DNA of 36,271 nucleotides from a virus (taxonomy: Duplodnaviria; Heunggongvirae; Uroviricota; Caudoviricetes): IMG/VR virus record IMGVR_UViG_2695420676_000012; one strand, written 5' to 3'. The position numbers and the translations under genes are program-made. Below the pieces are notes generated by a model. That model was not told the origin of the DNA. It saw only the letters and a program-made list of their open reading frames with translations, and ran no database searches. Positions within the stretch are counted from its first letter, which is position 1. Every line of letters starts with the position of its first letter. Of the stretch, positions 16,646 to 26,338 are shown piece by piece.

Positions 16646-16942
16646 TTAAAACTCCATGAATTTAAAATATTCAACACCACCTTCACCCCCTAAACCAAAG
16701 GAGACGGTGCAGCCAGCAGGAACAAACGAATTTATAGTAGATCCCCAATTGGTCCCACCACGACGACGAGCAACGGTCAAACCATCTACGTTAATATGTG
16801 CATCAGACCACCCACCACCAGCATTATGACGCATTACAGCGACACCAGCACGAGCAGTACCATAGCCGTTAGGAATATCAAATACATGCCATTTTAAAGC
16901 ATCGATTTTAGTATTAATTTCACTACTTACCCAATATCCCAT
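16646..16942 (-). CDS. small glycine-rich protein, paralog 1 of 3 (98 aa)
   Basis: Motifs 'FDIPNGY', 'GGGW', 'TVSFGLGGEGGVEYFKF'; SD 'AAGGA' before ATG. Confidence 0.55.
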   Translation of the reverse strand: MGYWVSSEINTKIDALKWHVFDIPNGYGTARAGVAVMRHNAGGGWSDAHINVDGLTVARRRGGTNWGSTINSFVPAGCTVSFGLGGEGGVEYFKFMEF

Positions 16943-16980
16943 ATAAGAATCCTTAGCGGAGATTTCTCCCCGCTTTCCAA

Positions 16981-19900
16981 TTACCCTAATTTAGCTTCAA
17001 TTGCAGCAAGACGTTCACGAAGAAGTTTATTTTCTTCGCTCATTTCTTGGACCGCTTTAATTAAAAGCGCGTTCACTGCGGAGTTTGAAATTGTTAAAAT
17101 TTCTTCTGGGTTATCAAGACCACCAATTTTTGCGGTTTTAACAGCTTCCGGTAATACCTCTTGTAAATCCTGTGCGATAATACCAATCTCATGACCTATA
17201 ACTTCTCGGTCATTAAGAGATTTAACTTTATCGTAGGTTTTAACTTTGAGTTTATTTACCTTATCCACCGCATTTTCTTCGTAATCTTCAACATTAATTT
17301 TCAGACGACCATCGGAACGAATATAAACATCGTTAAAGTTACCATTACCAGGAGAATAGAAAGTACCATCATGATGAAATTCAAACACCGCTTGAGGATG
17401 ACCAGCCGCTGGCGATGCCTCCGCAGATCCAACGCGAATAATTGCTTGCCCCCAATTTTGAGGAACACGACGCATACCAAAATCGACGGCAGTTGTATAC
17501 CCTTGATTGGTGATTAAACTTCTTCCTTTAATAATTGGATAATAGCTATCTGGTCCTACATAACCATGATCGACAAATATCGGCGCTTCTAATCCCCATT
17601 GATCGCCCCAACCTCCAGATTGGCTAGCAGTCCAACGTTCACCATGAACATAGAATCGAACGTTATTGACATGAGTCATTTCGACACCTTTTGGACTTAG
17701 CGCGATATCACCCGCGTTTGTAATATTGATAGCAGCATTAGTAGCATAGCTATAGAACGCTAATCCATTATCAGCACCACCTTTACCGATATACCAGTTG
17801 TTATTATCAGCACAAGTACCCAGCAAATATATAGACGAATCACCCGTTTCGGCATTCATGACGATTGCGTCAGAACCACGATTAACTTTAAGTTTCCCGA
17901 AGAAGGTGTTTTTAATGGTATTATCACCCAATCGTTCAAATTCTGCGAAAAATCCTTTTGAGTCACGAAGACTTAAAACGTTATTTCGACCTGTATTGCT
18001 TGCCCCCCAATGGACGAGTTCCATATAGTCCATAGATTGACGAGAACCAGCTTTAAAGAAAAGGTTGTCTTCAAGACGGGTACTACCATCAATTCCGAGA
18101 TGCAAACAACGAGCGGTTGCAGTACCACCTAAATACAATCCACCGTCCGCAAAATCATAGCTGAATGGTCTGCGATTATTCCAACTACCAAAAGAATCTT
18201 TTAAATCGGTAGTAAGAATATGGAAGCTAGAACCATCATTGCGTAAAATCAAACCATAGTTACCACCTTTGACAGCCAAACGAGCATTTTCAGATAATGC
18301 AACTTCGCTATTCATTACAATTTTCTGGCCTTTACCGCCAGTAATATGCAATTCACCATCTTCAATCAGGTTTATAGAGTTTTGACCGTTATCGTTCCAC
18401 CAAATAAAATCTTTGGTTGTTCCATCACCAAAACCAAACCAACCATTACGAACATCTTGTCCAGTGCGATAATCCATGAAATTAAAATGACTTGATTCGT
18501 TTGGTCCTCGACGAATATCAATACCAGAATTTCCAGTAACACCGCCATCCAATGTTAATTTCTTGACATGTAACCCGGATGTTGCTGTCAGCAATAATTC
18601 CTGATTTGTATCTTCGTATCCAGTAGCAAGACGATATGCGTTATCATCAACTGTCTCATGCCAGATAGTGGCAGGAGCAGAACTACGGAAGCGACGCAAC
18701 ATTTTCTTAGCATTTGTTTGCTGTTCGTTCAAATGCTCAATGTCGTATTGGCCTTGATGGTTTCCAGCAAAATTTAACGTTCCACGGTTGCTAAAGTTAT
18801 TGAACGATGAAATGTTAAGAGCATCAAAAATTTCATCTGCAACAGGTTTTTCACCACCCAGATATTCAGGAGTATCCAACAGGTTTAAAGAAACACCACC
18901 GGAAGAAACTTGATATTCTGCTAAAACAAATCCTGTATGTGCACCGTAGTAAGCGTAAAGATCGTAATTGTCGCCATCGGTTGGAATAGCGCAAAAATGT
19001 TGTTCATGATGCCAAATAGTATAATACGCATTGAATACAACACCTTTCGGGCTATTGTTGCCGCATCGAATCACCAATTCGATAATATTGGCTTGTCCAT
19101 TATGTCCTACGTTATAACCGTTACCACCAACCAAACGGATCTTAGCCGTGCGACCGTGTTGTTGTGGCATTGTCAAAGTGCCTAGTTTAAACCAACCACC
19201 CTCGATACCAAAATTAAGCGTCTTCTGGAACAGTCGGTCAATTTCTGCTTTCGAATATGCGCCAATTTCAGCCGGAGTAGGTTTATCACCTTCATGATAC
19301 ATGCGGTGAGAATATGCCAAATGTCCCAATTCATCATAGCCGTATGTTCTTACCGTATGAACCGGATTAGACCCATAAGTGAACTCAAAACCACGAGCAT
19401 GATTAACGCCGGATGGGTGCGGAACATGCAAGATCATTGCAATATGACCCGCCAGGTCATTCATGCGAAATGCACCAAAGTAATCAAGATTAAGAGCACT
19501 CGGATCATCAAAAGGGTTTGCGGTCTTAGACAGCAAATAGCCATCAGTGCAAGTGTTTACGTGCTTTTTGATGTACTTGCCATCACTTGATCCATCGGCT
19601 GCATCAATACGGCTTTCTAAACGTGCAAGTTCGGAATCAGTGTAAGACTTGTTATTGTCAACTTTGCTATGAATTGCTGAATTTTTGGCTTCAACATCAC
19701 GGGTTAATGCTGCGACGTTATCCGCTGCCTCTTGCTTATTGGCTGCAATCACACCAGTAAGGTTATTGTAGGTGTCAGTTAACTGATTTTCCGCATAGGC
19801 GTGATTTGCTGCGATAGTGCGGTCAGTTTCTGCCTTAATCAAATCAACTTTGTCATTGATTGCTTTGTGATTGCTTACGATGGTTGCATCGGTACGGGAT

Positions 19901-20391
19901 TTAATATCATCAACTTTTTTATTGATGCGGGTGTCCAGTTCCTGAGTTGCTACAGCAGCCGCATTTTTATTAGCGTTGATGGTATCCGACAATTCAGCTT
20001 TAACACCAGCAAGATCGGAAGCAGCTTTATTTTTATTGGCCTCGATTGTCGCGTCGGTTTCGCGTTTAATTACATCAACTTTATTGTTAATTTCTGCGTG
20101 ATTTGCTGCGATGGTTGCATCAGTAGTTTGTTTAATTTCATCTACTTTAGCGTGAATATTGCGGCCATTTACTGCAATTGTGCTATCCAATTCTTGTTTG
20201 TTAGCATCAACTTTAGATTCTAGTGCCGCGTGAGTTTCAGGAGAAACAGAGATTTGAACTACTTCATGATCTCGGTCTTTGGTAAAAATAACATGGTCTT
20301 TAAGGTTGATTGCTACCTCACCGACCTGTAATTGTTCCGGCGTTGGCTTTTTGCCAGAAACATTAGTTCGTTTAAATTGGATTGATTGCAT
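16981..20391 (-). CDS. tail fibre with C-terminal intramolecular chaperone (peptidase S74-type) domain, 1136 aa
   Basis: C-terminal 'SDGRLK...GIIAQDLQEVLPEAV...LLRERLAAIEAKLG' matches the autoproteolytic chaperone module of T5 L-shaped fibre / endosialidase-type fibres; N-terminal ~22-aa 'KVD.IK..TDATI.ANH' repeats; SD 'GAGGTGA'. Confidence 0.8.
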   Translation of the reverse strand: MQSIQFKRTNVSGKKPTPEQLQVGEVAINLKDHVIFTKDRDHEVVQISVSPETHAALESKVDANKQELDSTIAVNGRNIHAKVDEIKQTTDATIAANHAEINNKVDVIKRETDATIEANKNKAASDLAGVKAELSDTINANKNAAAVATQELDTRINKKVDDIKSRTDATIVSNHKAINDKVDLIKAETDRTIAANHAYAENQLTDTYNNLTGVIAANKQEAADNVAALTRDVEAKNSAIHSKVDNNKSYTDSELARLESRIDAADGSSDGKYIKKHVNTCTDGYLLSKTANPFDDPSALNLDYFGAFRMNDLAGHIAMILHVPHPSGVNHARGFEFTYGSNPVHTVRTYGYDELGHLAYSHRMYHEGDKPTPAEIGAYSKAEIDRLFQKTLNFGIEGGWFKLGTLTMPQQHGRTAKIRLVGGNGYNVGHNGQANIIELVIRCGNNSPKGVVFNAYYTIWHHEQHFCAIPTDGDNYDLYAYYGAHTGFVLAEYQVSSGGVSLNLLDTPEYLGGEKPVADEIFDALNISSFNNFSNRGTLNFAGNHQGQYDIEHLNEQQTNAKKMLRRFRSSAPATIWHETVDDNAYRLATGYEDTNQELLLTATSGLHVKKLTLDGGVTGNSGIDIRRGPNESSHFNFMDYRTGQDVRNGWFGFGDGTTKDFIWWNDNGQNSINLIEDGELHITGGKGQKIVMNSEVALSENARLAVKGGNYGLILRNDGSSFHILTTDLKDSFGSWNNRRPFSYDFADGGLYLGGTATARCLHLGIDGSTRLEDNLFFKAGSRQSMDYMELVHWGASNTGRNNVLSLRDSKGFFAEFERLGDNTIKNTFFGKLKVNRGSDAIVMNAETGDSSIYLLGTCADNNNWYIGKGGADNGLAFYSYATNAAINITNAGDIALSPKGVEMTHVNNVRFYVHGERWTASQSGGWGDQWGLEAPIFVDHGYVGPDSYYPIIKGRSLITNQGYTTAVDFGMRRVPQNWGQAIIRVGSAEASPAAGHPQAVFEFHHDGTFYSPGNGNFNDVYIRSDGRLKINVEDYEENAVDKVNKLKVKTYDKVKSLNDREVIGHEIGIIAQDLQEVLPEAVKTAKIGGLDNPEEILTISNSAVNALLIKAVQEMSEENKLLRERLAAIEAKLG

Positions 20392-20411
20392 CTAATCACC
20401 TCACATAAAAC

Positions 20412-20452
20412 AGGAATAAGGGAGGCGTTAACCTCCCCGCGTCATGTTTTAT
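20412..20452 (-). terminator. terminator-like hairpin upstream of the tail fibre gene
   Basis: 'gggagg-cgttaa-cctccc' stem-loop followed on the minus strand by a T-rich run. Confidence 0.35.
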
Positions 20453-20464
20453 TTAGAGAAGCAA

Positions 20465-21298
20465 TCAGTATTCCCCGAAGTCGATCCGGTCATGGATAGA
20501 AACGGCTTCAATCTCGGCTGGTGTCGGTTTTTCTTCCGTGGAATACACTTTCACCCATCCAGAATTACCGTCTTTCTGGACTGTGCGAACTCGTAAACGT
20601 GGTGCGCCGGAAGCGGTGCAAGTTAATTGCCATCCTCCATCTTCATTAGGTTGAACGTGAATTAGTGAAGTATCAGCACTAAATGGGTTAGATGCGCTCG
20701 ATCCCTGATAGGTTACGAAACGGTTTCCGGCTAATGCTTCGCTATCAATCGGACCCGTGAATGGATTTACACCAGCACCCAAACCAAAATCACCTTGACG
20801 TAAGATCCGGCCTTCGGTGGCAATACCACGGTCGAGAATCCCACCATCAGGATCTAATTTAAATTCGATGGTAGTAACTTTGTTATCGCTACCACGGGTT
20901 TTGTGTGATGTGACGTATGCATCAAAAATGACGTAGTATCCTGTGTTAGCAGCACTATAGCCAGAGTTCACAACATAGAACATACGGAAGCGTAAAGGGG
21001 TTTTATCCTCTACCGCTTTCATCAACATTGCTTGATGTTCATCATCCAGAACACGGTTTACTGTGAGTGTTGTTGATTCAAGTTTACGATAGCCAGCCAA
21101 CTTACCAGTAACATCATGGTCATATTCTTCTAACGTCTGGATCTCTGTGGATTCGGTTATCGTCGGAAATGCTGCGATGTTCTCGATAGGACTAAATGCA
21201 GGATCGAAAAAGTCCGGCTGGTTATCCACCATAGTAGACACGGAGACTTCAACATGCGACCCCGTGAAAATGTCTAAGTTATCTTGTGTAATATTCAT
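20465..21298 (-). CDS. tail tube-like / neck structural protein, 277 aa
   Basis: Weak gpV-like pattern ('TLTVNRV...LRFRMFY...YVIFDAYVTS...TTIEFKL'); C-terminal 'KPTPAEIEAVS..DRIDF' also found in the tail fibre; SD 'AAGGGGT'. Confidence 0.4.
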   Translation of the reverse strand: MNITQDNLDIFTGSHVEVSVSTMVDNQPDFFDPAFSPIENIAAFPTITESTEIQTLEEYDHDVTGKLAGYRKLESTTLTVNRVLDDEHQAMLMKAVEDKTPLRFRMFYVVNSGYSAANTGYYVIFDAYVTSHKTRGSDNKVTTIEFKLDPDGGILDRGIATEGRILRQGDFGLGAGVNPFTGPIDSEALAGNRFVTYQGSSASNPFSADTSLIHVQPNEDGGWQLTCTASGAPRLRVRTVQKDGNSGWVKVYSTEEKPTPAEIEAVSIHDRIDFGEY

Positions 21299-21307
21299 TA
21301 TTACCCC

Positions 21308-21730
21308 TTAAAAACGCGCTAGATAAGAAAATTTAAGGCTAAGTGTCCCAACGATACCCCCATCACTAGAATCATCGTCATAATCGGTATTAGAGGCTAC
21401 TGGAGTGATATCTGAAATAGAGAATCCCATATCTTTAAAACGTGGGTTATCCGGCTGAATCTGGATTATCTGGCAAATACCCTCATGGATTTTGGTTTCA
21501 TGAATTTGGGAATATAATTGCATTTCGATAACACACTCAGCTTGCATTGCATTACCGCCACGGACCCTAGTGTAAGTCTCATTCATGCCAGTAATCCAAC
21601 AAACCACGTCATTACTAAAACCTTGCTGAGTTTGTTCTACGTTTAAAGCCAGACCTAAATCTTGTTCGATAATATCTTGCAAGGCGCGTTTGATTTTCAG
21701 TCTCGGCATATTATTAACGGTAGCGAGCAT
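21308..21730 (-). CDS. hypothetical head-tail joining region protein, 140 aa
   Basis: Position between capsid and tail genes; SD 'AGGGGGT'; overlaps the upstream gene by 17 nt. Confidence 0.45.
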   Translation of the reverse strand: MLATVNNMPRLKIKRALQDIIEQDLGLALNVEQTQQGFSNDVVCWITGMNETYTRVRGGNAMQAECVIEMQLYSQIHETKIHEGICQIIQIQPDNPRFKDMGFSISDITPVASNTDYDDDSSDGGIVGTLSLKFSYLARF

Positions 21731-22004
21731 GTGTACCCCCTGCTAAAGTGATAAAGCAATCACAAGTATTATCACCATTGCGCTTAATATATTGAACTTT
21801 GAAACGCTGATTTTCTACAATGACAATATCACCCTGCTTTAAGTCTCCCTCACGACAGAATAGAAATTCTGTTTCTGTCATTACCCCTTGTTCGTCGGTA
21901 GTAGTAATTTCATGATAAGCACGAATTGATTTACCACCTTCCACCGAAAATACAGGAGCACTTCGGAACATTCTTGATAATTGTGATTCTGATAATTTGA
22001 ACAT
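21714..22004 (-). CDS. hypothetical head completion / connector-region protein, 96 aa
   Basis: Position after the capsid gene; SD 'AAAGGGGGGT'. Confidence 0.45.
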   Translation of the reverse strand: MFKLSESQLSRMFRSAPVFSVEGGKSIRAYHEITTTDEQGVMTETEFLFCREGDLKQGDIVIVENQRFKVQYIKRNGDNTCDCFITLAGGTHARYR

Positions 22005-22036
22005 AGTTACCCCCCTTTATGGAGTATTTACATACA

Positions 22037-22062
22037 AAAAAGCCCCACCATTAAGGCAGGGC
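22037..22062 (-). terminator. Rho-independent terminator after the capsid gene extension
   Basis: Minus transcript 'agcccugcc-uuaau-gguggggcu' followed by 'uuuuuu'. Confidence 0.45.
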
Positions 22063-22068
22063 TAATTA

Positions 22069-22200
22069 TTATTTTGCTTTAGTCTTACGTTCTTTTTTAA
22101 CTGTGGCTTTCGCCGTAACCTCTTGAACTTCTTCTTCCTGAGATGGAATCAGATTTTCTTCCCCCAAATCGGGGGAAGGTTCAGAAGGTTCTACAGGAGT
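22069..22200 (-). other. in-frame 43-codon open extension after the capsid gene UGA stop (possible readthrough product)
   Basis: Manual translation after TGA: 'TPVEPSEPSPDLGEENLIPSQEEEVQEVTAKATVKKERKTKAK' then TAA TAA; no ATG/GTG start or SD inside. Confidence 0.3.
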
Positions 22201-24201
22201 TCATTCAGCGGAGATGTGAAGAACTTTCAGGGCTTCCGGCTGTGCTACAACGTAGTCCAAATCTACAAAGATACGAGGCACTACCGCACCACGATCCCTA
22301 TATGTAGTTAGATCCATGTCGAGTTCCAGACCTCCCCACTCACCGATAGTAATACCGGAGAAGTCACCCAGAACGATGTGGTCTGCCGGGATAACGCCAG
22401 AAGTAACTACTTCGTAACCAGCCAGTTTGCCGTTTTCGATGATATAACCGGAAACGCCGTTATCTTTCAGGGTAGATTCCAGTTCAGCAGCAGTTGCACC
22501 GCTCATTGCAAACTTGATCGCCTGAGCAGGAACGCCAGCGTCGGTCAGTGCTGCAATTTCTTTCAGGAAGTCTTTATAAGAGAAAGCAGCTTTCTTGGTA
22601 ACGCGGCTAGCGTCTACCAGTTGCTTAACCAGACCAGCCGGACCACGAGCATTTTCTTTATCAGACAGAATCAGTTGTTCCAGTTTGATACGAACAGCTT
22701 TGTTAATGTGATCAGTGATCAGGGTAGCGATGCCCGGAACGGTTTTCAGCGACTGACGGCTGATCGGGTTGCCACCAGCAAAAGTTTTCGGAGACAGTTT
22801 CACGTTCGCAAATTCAGCTTTGCTTTCCGGTGCAGCACCGTTTTCATCAACGAAGCCGAAAGCGTCAACGCTGGAAGCGGTCATTTTTGGAATAGCGGTC
22901 GGGGAGTTCAAGCCACTGTAAACAGTCACACCCAGACGACCCAGAACAGATTCCGGCATCAGCATTTCGATGTAGGATTCAGTCATCAGTTTTTCGTCAG
23001 TTACAGCGGTCAGAGTAGTTTTGGTGTTACCATCAGCAGCAGCACGCAGAGCAGCAGCCGGAACGAATACAGAGCCACCACGAGCAGCACGACCACGCTG
23101 CATCGCAGCACCAGCAGCCATAGAGGAATATTCAGCTTCGTTAGCACCCAGAGCAGCACCATCTACCAGAGAGCGAATTACGTTGTTCAGGTCAAAAGTT
23201 TTTTCCATTTTAGAGTCCTTAATTTGTTCGTTATTACGTTGAGCATTGACGAGATTATTTAGTGCCTTAGTGCGGAATGCTTCCGGCGTCATGTCTTTAA
23301 TTGCCAATGCGCGTTTCAATTCTTCGTCATCAATATTTAGTTCGCGTGCAATTTCGCGAATTTCTAATTCGTCTTCTTCGGAACGTTCAGCCACTTCTTC
23401 GATTTTTTCTTCTTCAACCGGAGCAGCTTCACGTTCTTCTTTTATTTCTTCTTCCCGAACAGTTGAACTATCATCATCAACACTTTCAGGATGTTCAGCG
23501 TCTTTTCCGTCTTCGAGATTTTCATCTTCTTTATTCTCTTCAACTTGGCGCTCTTGAGTTTCTTCAACTTCCGATTCTTTAATTTCTTCTACCGGAGTTT
23601 CTTCAACCTGAGCGGATTCTTGTTCTTCTTTGATTTCTTCAATTTGTTCTTTAGTCATATCGCGTTTAGCCTCCAAATTAACTGTGATAGTATTTAGAGA
23701 GCGATTTAAACCGACCGTATCGTCAGCAGGAACGGTGACAAATGAGAGTTCATAGGGCGCCCACTTAGTAACAATCAATTGCCCTTTGGCGTAATCGATG
23801 TGATATTCTTTAATGTCATAGCCGACAGAAATTTTTTCCATCGTACCTTCAATGACTTTATTGCGAATATCATTAGCCAAAGTGCCATGCTTAGAGAATT
23901 TAACCAGAGCACGACCTACGTTATCCGCATCGATTCGAGCGTCGCAGACTACACCTAAATGATTATCGAAATTATGATTGAACAGCAACGGAGCGTTATT
24001 ATTCAGACGAGACAGATCAACCGCTTCCGGTGTATGTACCAGAATTTCATCTAGTACCACCATCTCTTGATTTTGCTCATCCCAGAATTGGCGCTGATAC
24101 GGCTGTTCACTGGAGAAAGCAATTTCAAATTCGTATTGATCGTTATGCCCTTCGTTAATAACTCCACCGTAACCGTTAAGATCGCGGCGAAATTTAAGCA
24201 T
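22201..24201 (-). CDS. prohead protease (HK97/S78-like) - acidic scaffold-like linker - major capsid protein fusion, 666 aa
   Basis: N-terminal ~160 aa ends with protease-like 'ELSFVTVPAD'; E/D-rich linker (~residues 180-290); C-terminal ~350 aa Ala/Gly-rich capsid-like domain; between portal and connector genes. Confidence 0.7.
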   Translation of the reverse strand: MLKFRRDLNGYGGVINEGHNDQYEFEIAFSSEQPYQRQFWDEQNQEMVVLDEILVHTPEAVDLSRLNNNAPLLFNHNFDNHLGVVCDARIDADNVGRALVKFSKHGTLANDIRNKVIEGTMEKISVGYDIKEYHIDYAKGQLIVTKWAPYELSFVTVPADDTVGLNRSLNTITVNLEAKRDMTKEQIEEIKEEQESAQVEETPVEEIKESEVEETQERQVEENKEDENLEDGKDAEHPESVDDDSSTVREEEIKEEREAAPVEEEKIEEVAERSEEDELEIREIARELNIDDEELKRALAIKDMTPEAFRTKALNNLVNAQRNNEQIKDSKMEKTFDLNNVIRSLVDGAALGANEAEYSSMAAGAAMQRGRAARGGSVFVPAAALRAAADGNTKTTLTAVTDEKLMTESYIEMLMPESVLGRLGVTVYSGLNSPTAIPKMTASSVDAFGFVDENGAAPESKAEFANVKLSPKTFAGGNPISRQSLKTVPGIATLITDHINKAVRIKLEQLILSDKENARGPAGLVKQLVDASRVTKKAAFSYKDFLKEIAALTDAGVPAQAIKFAMSGATAAELESTLKDNGVSGYIIENGKLAGYEVVTSGVIPADHIVLGDFSGITIGEWGGLELDMDLTTYRDRGAVVPRIFVDLDYVVAQPEALKVLHISAE

Positions 24202-24246
24202 TTAATCACCTTTAATTAATTGGGGACATTGCGCCCCCGTTGGTTA

Positions 24247-25758
24247 TTAGGGATCGGCTGGGGAATTTTTTTCTTCACCCTCGCCATTAACGATAATATT
24301 TAGTGCGCTCTTTTCGGCTTGAATCTCTGAGAATACTTTTTCAGGATCATCACCACGTTCAAGAATAACGGCAGTACGTGATTTAAGTCCGTTATCAATT
24401 AAAGCAATCTCGGCGCTTACGTCTTTAAATGGATCGACGGATTCAAAACGCGGACGAATAATAGTAGTGTTATCGATAATATGCGGAATTGCAGTAATAC
24501 GAATCGGAACAATACCACGCGCGGAATAATGGCGTAGATATGCTTCGAAAATTGGCAATACCACTGTTTCAATCAATTTGTTTTGCAGTGCTTTAACGCG
24601 GTGTCGTTGCATTAAATCACCGAATCTACTGGCGCTGTAATTTATTTGGCTAGTGTCACCAGTCAAGCCCTGTTTAAACACGCCTAAGCCCATCGCGACG
24701 CTACCATACATCGCATCGTTAAAGGATTTGAAATCATCACCGCTTTGCGTCGCCTGGATGCTCTTGATCGTTGCCCCTTCCGGTAATTCCTGAATAGTAC
24801 CAGGTGCAAAATCCTGTACTACTTCCGGCGCTTGATATTGTTCATCATCTTCACCAGTATCAAAATCGTCACCAGAATCTTTCGGACGCTCGATAAAGCC
24901 CATAGAGCTAGCTGCAATGCGTTTCTGGATAATTGCAGTTTCGCGGAATGCGTCTTGATGTGCGATATCCTTAATCACTGGCAGGAAGTCAGTCACACCA
25001 CGCAGGGATTCGGCGGTAAGTGGTTGATAGTAATGGCATACTTGCGATGCTTCTACACGATAGTTATCACCTGTGTAAGTCTGAGTCAGTAGGTTGACTT
25101 TACGAAACCAGTATGCTACGGGCTTCATTGTTTCTACGTCATACTCGATCCCCTGATAGATCGCACGTTCTTTGCTTACTTCACGGTTGAGCGTCCAGTC
25201 GCACTTATCAGCAGACAGGATAGAAACATTTAACTCATTGTTTTCTTTGGTTAAAACTATGAAGCACTCACCACCCATAACGCGCTCACGTTCAGCCATT
25301 ACCAGCAATTCACGGAAGTTAAAACGACCATTGCGAGAGAAGCGTTTAGCATTCTGCGCCCACTTCCAGAAAGCATTCTCGATCTGCTTATTCAGTGCGC
25401 TATCAAGTTTTCCATTTGGTTTAACAACTGACGGCTTCGGATCTAGGCCAGTACCTACCACCATATCGGTGATGTATTGCGTGTAGCGACTGCCTACGGA
25501 AGTGTTTAAGGCCAGAGTACGACCCTGATCATAAAGGCGCTTACCATTCGATTTGAGAGCCTTATTGAAGGTTCCTGTAATGGTGTCTTGTTGAAGTGAT
25601 CCATCAATACGATCACCAACCAGTCCTAAACTACGAGTCGCCAGAGATTTCTGGAATTTTTCTACTTGCTTATCGATGAAAATTTTTGGTTGTTGCTGGC
25701 GGTGATTAGTTTTAACTGGAGTTTCTACCGCCTTTTTGCGTCGAAAAAGATTAAACAT
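24247..25758 (-). CDS. portal protein, 503 aa
   Basis: Size and position between terminase and the protease/capsid gene; SD 'AAGGGGT'; no motif independently verified. Confidence 0.65.
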   Translation of the reverse strand: MFNLFRRKKAVETPVKTNHRQQQPKIFIDKQVEKFQKSLATRSLGLVGDRIDGSLQQDTITGTFNKALKSNGKRLYDQGRTLALNTSVGSRYTQYITDMVVGTGLDPKPSVVKPNGKLDSALNKQIENAFWKWAQNAKRFSRNGRFNFRELLVMAERERVMGGECFIVLTKENNELNVSILSADKCDWTLNREVSKERAIYQGIEYDVETMKPVAYWFRKVNLLTQTYTGDNYRVEASQVCHYYQPLTAESLRGVTDFLPVIKDIAHQDAFRETAIIQKRIAASSMGFIERPKDSGDDFDTGEDDEQYQAPEVVQDFAPGTIQELPEGATIKSIQATQSGDDFKSFNDAMYGSVAMGLGVFKQGLTGDTSQINYSASRFGDLMQRHRVKALQNKLIETVVLPIFEAYLRHYSARGIVPIRITAIPHIIDNTTIIRPRFESVDPFKDVSAEIALIDNGLKSRTAVILERGDDPEKVFSEIQAEKSALNIIVNGEGEEKNSPADP

Positions 25759-25768
25759 GATTTACCCC

Positions 25769-26266
25769 TTATCGCGTAAGACGTAATTTGATATTTTTAA
25801 TCGGGCTAATTCCCTGTTTACGTCGTTCGGCTTGAATTAATTTAGACAGTTGACGTTCATAATCGACTTTTAGAGTCTGGAGAACAGCCAATGACTCATA
25901 GGCGAAAGTATTCCCTTTCACTGTCATTGCTGATAATGCGGCTTCGTCCCCAGATAAACGGGCGAAAATAACTTGCTCGATTAAGGCGATAGTTTCCCGC
26001 AGATATTCTTTTTTGGATTGTTTGGCGAATACTGGTAAAACAGTTAATTCCTGCATTGATATCAGTTCTTCTTCCAAAGTTATTACGATGGTATATTTAC
26101 CTTCGGCAAAATCTAAGGTTTTAATCTCGTGATTAGCCGGAGTATCATCAACCTGATAAATGATACCTTTATTATTATTTCCTACCTGAATTGTTACACC
26201 CTCTTCATTCGCCAGCGTGATTTTTTCGCCTTTACGAATTACTAAGGGAATTAGTTCTAAATTCAT
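25769..26266 (-). CDS. hypothetical protein between terminase and portal, 165 aa
   Basis: ORF with SD 'AAGGGGT'. Confidence 0.5.
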   Translation of the reverse strand: MNLELIPLVIRKGEKITLANEEGVTIQVGNNNKGIIYQVDDTPANHEIKTLDFAEGKYTIVITLEEELISMQELTVLPVFAKQSKKEYLRETIALIEQVIFARLSGDEAALSAMTVKGNTFAYESLAVLQTLKVDYERQLSKLIQAERRKQGISPIKNIKLRLTR

Positions 26267-26314
26267 AATTACCCCTTATTTAATTGTTATTGGATTAACA
26301 ATATTTAGGAGTAA

Positions 26315-26332
26315 GCCGCCCCGAAGGACGGC
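26315..26332 (-). promoter_or_regulatory. intercistronic hairpin (RNA processing/stability element candidate)
   Basis: 'gccgcc-ccgaag-gacggc' equivalent to a 'ccUUCGgg'-type hairpin on the minus transcript; no T-run. Confidence 0.35.
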
Positions 26333-26338
26333 GAGTTA

